Shown: positions 15,771 through 20,000 of the stretch, piece by piece
Layout of the letters: the number at the start of each line of letters is the position of its first letter
How positions within the stretch are numbered: position 1 is the stretch's first letter
DNA from: an uncultured virus (IMG/VR IMGVR_UViG_3300022074_000020)
Lineage: Duplodnaviria > Heunggongvirae > Uroviricota > Caudoviricetes > Kyanoviridae
Length of the DNA: 20,000 nucleotides
IMG/VR virus record: IMGVR_UViG_3300022074_000020
Location: 57,901-77,900 of that record
Strand: one strand, 5' to 3'
Translations under genes and position numbers: made by a program
Notes under the pieces: model-generated
What the model was told of the DNA's origin: nothing
Databases searched by the model: none
Seen by the model: only the letters and a program-made list of their open reading frames with translations

Positions 15771-15943
15771 TGTCATTTATTACTCGTTACTGGTCAGGCA
15801 AGACTGGTACACCTGTAGAAGAAATCCGAAGAATTGCTGAAGAAGAACTCAAAGCAAAGTTTCATTATCAAGAAGTCATCAATTCCGATGGTTCCTTGCA
15901 CCACCGCATTATGATTACCTATGAAAATACTCCTGATAACTGA
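15767..15943 (+). CDS. Small hypothetical protein, 57-58 aa
   Basis: Read by hand: (M)MSFITRYWSGKTGTPVEEIRRIAEEELKAKFHYQEVINSDGSLHHRIMITYENTPDN*. ATGA coupling to the g55 stop. Fills the g55-g47 gap. Confidence 0.65.
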   Translation: MMSFITRYWSGKTGTPVEEIRRIAEEELKAKFHYQEVINSDGSLHHRIMITYENTPDN

Positions 15944-16952
15944 TCAGCATTTCGGTGTCAGAGGAGACAATCAACACTTTATCAATCACTATAAAAAGTT
16001 TTATGGTAAGGTGGTGATTCCTTTTATCAAAGCATCGGGTATTAAAGATATTGTTTGTCTAGGAGATACGTTTGATAAACGTAGATCTATCAATTTTATG
16101 TCTCTGGACGAGGCAAAGAAAATGTGGTTTGATCCTATTGACCAACTGGGATGTAGGATGACTATGCTTGTTGGTAATCATGACATTTACTACAAGAATA
16201 CTTTGCGGGTGAATGCTGCAACTCAAATCTTAGGTGACTATGATTTTAAAGTTGTTGAACAACCAACTGAACTGGAGTATGACGGTCTGAAGATCCTTAT
16301 GCTTCCATGGATTTGTGATGACAATCGCGATGAAGTCTTTAATATTGTAGCATCAACTGATGCGAAAGTATGTATGGGTCACTTAGAACTGAATGGTTTT
16401 GAGGCACACCCAGGTCATGTCATGGAAAGTGGCATGGATAAAACTTTATTCGATAAGTTCAAACGTGTGTTCAGTGGACACTATCATCAGAAATCTACCA
16501 AAGGTAATGTTAGTTACCTAGGCAACCCTTATCAACTATATTGGAATGACTACGGATGCAAAAGGGGGTTTCACGTTTTTGATACGGATACTCTTAAGAC
16601 TACTTTTTATAGGAATCCCTTTGACACTTTTCATAAATTGTATTATAATAATGGAGTTAGTATCCCAGAGTCAACAGAACTCGAAGGAGGTTTTGTAAAA
16701 CTAATCGTTGAAGAAAAAGGCGATTACCAAAAGTTTGACTACACAGTCAAGCAACTACAAAACATCGGTCTTGGAGATCTTAAGATTGTCGAAGACCTTA
16801 GTGCTGAACTAGAGTGTTCGGATACTACCCTTGAAACAGAGGACACTATGACGTTACTTGAATCATACATAGATGAGATAGAACTAAAAGTCAATAAGAC
16901 TAATATCAAATCTGTAATGAGATCTTTATACGTCGAAGCGTCTGAACTTTAA
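15921..16952 (+). CDS. g47: Recombination endonuclease subunit, Mre11/SbcD-like (gp47)
   Basis: Metallophosphoesterase motifs DQHFG, GDTFD, GNHD, GHLE and SGHYH. Confidence 0.96.
   Translation: MKILLITDQHFGVRGDNQHFINHYKKFYGKVVIPFIKASGIKDIVCLGDTFDKRRSINFMSLDEAKKMWFDPIDQLGCRMTMLVGNHDIYYKNTLRVNAATQILGDYDFKVVEQPTELEYDGLKILMLPWICDDNRDEVFNIVASTDAKVCMGHLELNGFEAHPGHVMESGMDKTLFDKFKRVFSGHYHQKSTKGNVSYLGNPYQLYWNDYGCKRGFHVFDTDTLKTTFYRNPFDTFHKLYYNNGVSIPESTELEGGFVKLIVEEKGDYQKFDYTVKQLQNIGLGDLKIVEDLSAELECSDTTLETEDTMTLLESYIDEIELKVNKTNIKSVMRSLYVEASEL
16621..16649 (+). promoter_or_regulatory. Perfect-consensus sigma70 promoter internal to g47
   Basis: TTGACA (16621-16626), 17 nt spacer, TATAAT (16644-16649). 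Confidence 0.55.
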
Positions 16953-17209
16953 TGTTTGTTTTAACCGAAGTTGGTACTGGTGGTGTCTATGCTTGCACTA
17001 ATAAGGAAAAGCAAAAAACCGTAACTGTCTTTGAAAACGAAGACGATGCTGAACGGTATGCTATTCTATTAGAAGCAAATGATTACCACAAAGAACTTGA
17101 ACTCATGGAAGTTGATCCTGAGATCATTGCCATGAACTGCGTTAACTACAACTATAAGTTTACAATCATTAAATCTAACGAACTGATCGTACCTATTATT
17201 AAAGAATGA
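16952..17209 (+). CDS. Hypothetical protein resembling the cyanobacterial DUF3110 family
   Basis: The FENEDDAERYAILLEA motif recalls DUF3110 (FExEDDAxRYAxLLEA). Coupled to g47 (TAATG) and g46 (ATGA). Confidence 0.7.
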   Translation: MFVLTEVGTGGVYACTNKEKQKTVTVFENEDDAERYAILLEANDYHKELELMEVDPEIIAMNCVNYNYKFTIIKSNELIVPIIKE

Positions 17210-18927
17210 TTACCTTTGAAACACTTCGTTGGAAGAACTTTCTTTCGACAGGTGACCAATGGACCGAAATCGATTTAGATGGAAGTCCTTCTACATTAAT
17301 CGTGGGCAGTAATGGCAGTGGGAAATCGACTATGCTCGATGCCCTTTGTTTTGCTTTGTTTAACAAACCCTTTAGGCAGATTACTAGGGGACAACTAGTA
17401 AACAGTATCAATGAAAAGGGACTCAAAGTAGAGGTGACATTCTCTATTGGTAAGGACGAGTATAGAGTATTCAGGGGTGCAAAACCTAACGTCTTTGAAT
17501 TATACAGGAATAATAAACTAGTTGATCAAGATGCTGCAGCAAAGGATACGCAGAAATATCTTGAGCAAACAGTTCTTAAACTTAACTATAAGTCTTTCAC
17601 ACAAGTTGTCATCTTAGGTTCATCAACCTTTGTACCTTTTATGCAACTGAAAGGACCTCATAGGAGAGAAGTTATTGAAGATCTACTGGACATCAAGATC
17701 TTTTCACAAATGAATCTGTTGCTTAGGGATAGAGTCCGAGCAACCATGGCATCAAGTAAAGAATGTGATCACCTGTTGACTGTAGCAGAACAACAAGTAT
17801 CATCACAACAAAAATTATTGAATAACTTGACCGAGATCAATAAGTCTCGTCAGGATGAAAGAGAAAAGAAGATCAAAGACAATCGAGAAATGATTGAAGG
17901 TCTTGAAAAAGAAAGAGATACTAAAAAGAAAGAACTATCTGGACTAGAAGTTAAGATGGTTGATGTAGATGATAAGAGAAATGCAATGTCAGATCTTAAA
18001 AACAGTAAAGCAGACATCACTGCAGAACTAAAAGTAGCAAGGAAAGATATTAAGTTCTTGGATACTCATGAAGAGTGTCCTACATGCAATCAACTTATTG
18101 AAAATGCTTTTAGGCAGGCAAGAATTGGTGCCCTACAAGGCAAATCTAAAATCCAACTAAAAAAACTAGACGAAATTAAGAATGATATTGATGATCTGTT
18201 CAAGTTTATTACTGCAGCAGATGATATCTCCATGGAATGCCATGAAAAGAGAAGTGAAATTAGTCAAAGTGAACGTGATATTGTAAGAGTTGAAATGGAA
18301 ACTCTTAAGATTCAGGATGAGTTGTTTAATCTGAGAGAGAATCGTCCATCTATTGATAAGGAAGAGAAAGAACTTAAGGTCTTGCAGAAAGAACTTGCAG
18401 AGACTCAAGAAGGGTGTGCAAAAATTAGTAAGAAACTGGATGAGTTCCAAGTTGTATCACATTTATTGCGTGATGGGGGCATCAAAAGTCAAATCATTAA
18501 GAAGTATGTGCCAGTTTTTAACAAACTAATTAATAAATACCTTAACAACATGGACTTCTTTGTTAACTTTACTCTTGATGAAGAGTTTAACGAGACATTG
18601 AAGAGCAGATTTAGGGATGAGTTTACATATTCTTCTTTCTCGGAAGGTGAAAAGCAGAAGATTGATCTAGCACTACTGTTTACATGGAGAGAAGTTGCTA
18701 GAATGAAAAATAGTGTAGCAACTAATCTATTGATTCTTGATGAAGTATTCGATTCTTCTCTTGATGCAGGTGCAACTAATGAGTTACTTCAAATTTTGAG
18801 AGCACTAGGACATACAACTAACCTATTTGTCATCTCACATAAAGGTGAGATCTTAGTTGATAAGTTTCTAAGGACTTTAAAGTTTGAAAAGATTAATGAT
18901 TTCAGTAAAATGTCGGATGATTCCTAA
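17206..18927 (+). CDS. g46: Recombination ATPase subunit, Rad50/SbcC-like (gp46)
   Basis: WKNFLSTG, Walker A GSNGSGKS, coiled coil with CPTC zinc hook, signature FSEGE, Walker B LLILDEVFD and H-loop VISH. Confidence 0.97.
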   Translation: MITFETLRWKNFLSTGDQWTEIDLDGSPSTLIVGSNGSGKSTMLDALCFALFNKPFRQITRGQLVNSINEKGLKVEVTFSIGKDEYRVFRGAKPNVFELYRNNKLVDQDAAAKDTQKYLEQTVLKLNYKSFTQVVILGSSTFVPFMQLKGPHRREVIEDLLDIKIFSQMNLLLRDRVRATMASSKECDHLLTVAEQQVSSQQKLLNNLTEINKSRQDEREKKIKDNREMIEGLEKERDTKKKELSGLEVKMVDVDDKRNAMSDLKNSKADITAELKVARKDIKFLDTHEECPTCNQLIENAFRQARIGALQGKSKIQLKKLDEIKNDIDDLFKFITAADDISMECHEKRSEISQSERDIVRVEMETLKIQDELFNLRENRPSIDKEEKELKVLQKELAETQEGCAKISKKLDEFQVVSHLLRDGGIKSQIIKKYVPVFNKLINKYLNNMDFFVNFTLDEEFNETLKSRFRDEFTYSSFSEGEKQKIDLALLFTWREVARMKNSVATNLLILDEVFDSSLDAGATNELLQILRALGHTTNLFVISHKGEILVDKFLRTLKFEKINDFSKMSDDS

Positions 18928-19067
18928 TGGTATGTAAAGTAACACTGTATAAAGCAGGAACTGTATTCACTGAAGAAGTGATTGCTATTGATTACCAAGA
19001 TGCTAAGAAGGTAGCACTTGCAAGAAACCCTGGTGCACAGGTGATGAGTGTAACTTCGGTCATGTGA
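18927..19067 (+). CDS. Small hypothetical protein, 46 aa
   Basis: Read by hand: MVCKVTLYKAGTVFTEEVIAIDYQDAKKVALARNPGAQVMSVTSVM*. TAATG coupling to g46. Confidence 0.75.
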   Translation: MVCKVTLYKAGTVFTEEVIAIDYQDAKKVALARNPGAQVMSVTSVM

Positions 19068-19120
19068 CAGTTGAATAAGTGGCACAACAAGTGGCACATG
19101 CTTGATCAGTCTGCTATAAT
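19064..19120 (+). promoter_or_regulatory. Probable early promoter with upstream palindrome/repeat motif
   Basis: Imperfect palindrome GTGACAGTT-N4-AAGTGGCAC (19064-19085), direct repeat AAGTGGCACA (19077-19086 and 19089-19098), extended -10 TGCTATAAT (19112-19120) and SD AAAGGAG (19131-19137). Confidence 0.75.
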
Positions 19121-19141
19121 AGGTATATACAAAGGAGATAC

Positions 19142-20000
19142 ATGATCAATCCAGAAGTCAAAGGCACACTCGCAAAACTACTCGCAACTGAGAACCTTAC
19201 TGTAGAGCACCGTAAAGTGACTACAGCATATTTTGATGTTGAGAAGCGTGTTCTCTGCCTTCCTATCTGGAAGACTGCATCTAACACTGTCTATGACCTT
19301 CTAGTTGGTCATGAGGTTGGACATGCTCTATACACTCCTAACAAAGGTCTTGATGGTATCAACAAAGGTTTTGTAAATGTTCTTGAGGACATTCGTATCG
19401 AGAAGATGATGAAGGTGACCTACCCTGGTCTTCGTAAATCTTTCTTCCAAGGATACACTGAACTATGGAAAGATGATTTCTTTGGTGTGAATGATGAAGA
19501 CATCTCCAAACTTCCTTTCATCGATCGTATCAATCTTTTCTACAAAGGCAATCCTGAGATTCAGTTCACAGAAGAGGAGCAAGTGTATGTAGATCGTGCT
19601 GCTAATACTAAAACATTTGATGATGTTCTACAACTTGCAGAAGATCTATTCGGTCGCGCAGAAGATATTGAAGATAACAAAATGGAAATGCCTCTACCAT
19701 CACCAGAAGCATCACCAGAAATGGGTGGACAAGGTGAAGGTGAAGTAACTCCTCAATCATCACAGAGTGAACCAAACCAAGAAGGAGATGGTGCAGACCA
19801 ATCTGCAGAATCTCAACCAAGTCAGTCTGACTCAGACGGTTATGGTAATGAGAATGCAGTGATCACTACACAGGGCAACAACTCATTTGGTCAGGAAGAG
19901 TATGATGAAACTGAAAGTATCACTCAAGAAGCATTCAATCAAGCACTAGAAACTCTTATCGATGACAATGCTAAAGAGTGGGTTTATCTAAGTCTTCCAA
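19142..20000 (+). CDS. HEXXH metallopeptidase-like protein (3'-truncated by window)
   Basis: Absent from the ORF track because it has no stop in the window. Reads MINPEVKGTLAKLLATENLTVEHRKVTTAYFDVEKRVLCLPIWK...LLVGHEVGHALYT (HEVGH at 19310-19324), then NVLEDIRIEK and an acidic low-complexity linker. Confidence 0.88.
   Translation, partial: MINPEVKGTLAKLLATENLTVEHRKVTTAYFDVEKRVLCLPIWKTASNTVYDLLVGHEVGHALYTPNKGLDGINKGFVNVLEDIRIEKMMKVTYPGLRKSFFQGYTELWKDDFFGVNDEDISKLPFIDRINLFYKGNPEIQFTEEEQVYVDRAANTKTFDDVLQLAEDLFGRAEDIEDNKMEMPLPSPEASPEMGGQGEGEVTPQSSQSEPNQEGDGADQSAESQPSQSDSDGYGNENAVITTQGNNSFGQEEYDETESITQEAFNQALETLIDDNAKEWVYLSLP

Noticed and set aside
432..18927. Introns, inteins or homing endonucleases in g17, g20, g23, uvsW, g47 or g46
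   Set aside because: All are uninterrupted, of normal length, with contiguous motifs. I saw no LAGLIDADG, GIY-YIG, HNH or intein signatures.
19092..19106. Sigma54-type promoter suggested by TGGCAC
   Set aside because: There is no GC at the required -12 position, a canonical extended -10 follows, and cyanobacteria lack sigma54.

Overview
A 20 kb, entirely + strand segment of a T4-like myophage, most likely a marine cyanophage (Synechococcus/Prochlorococcus host), judged from gene order and content. It carries the core virion block g17 (terminase), g18 (sheath), g19 (tube), g20 (portal), a gp67-like core protein, g21 (protease), g22 (scaffold) and g23 (major capsid). After a ~1.6 kb accessory insert come g3, uvsY, uvsW, g55 (late sigma), g47, g46 and the start of an HEXXH peptidase gene. 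Most of this is ordinary conserved phage core. The most interesting part is the insert between g23 and g3. It holds a highly structured ~180 nt RNA (resembling the manA RNA motif) bracketed by a consensus sigma70 promoter and a terminator, followed by small ORFs including an NdhP-like (photosynthetic complex I subunit) gene with a C-terminal extension, and a 2OG-Fe(II) oxygenase. Other notable features are back-to-back sigma70 promoters upstream of g55, late promoters embedded in hairpins, a 179-nt two-frame gene overlap and a strong apparent depletion of RGCY, CCGG and GCTGG/CCAGC. All family calls come from motif recognition by eye; no searches were run. I cannot establish a wholly new system from sequence alone.
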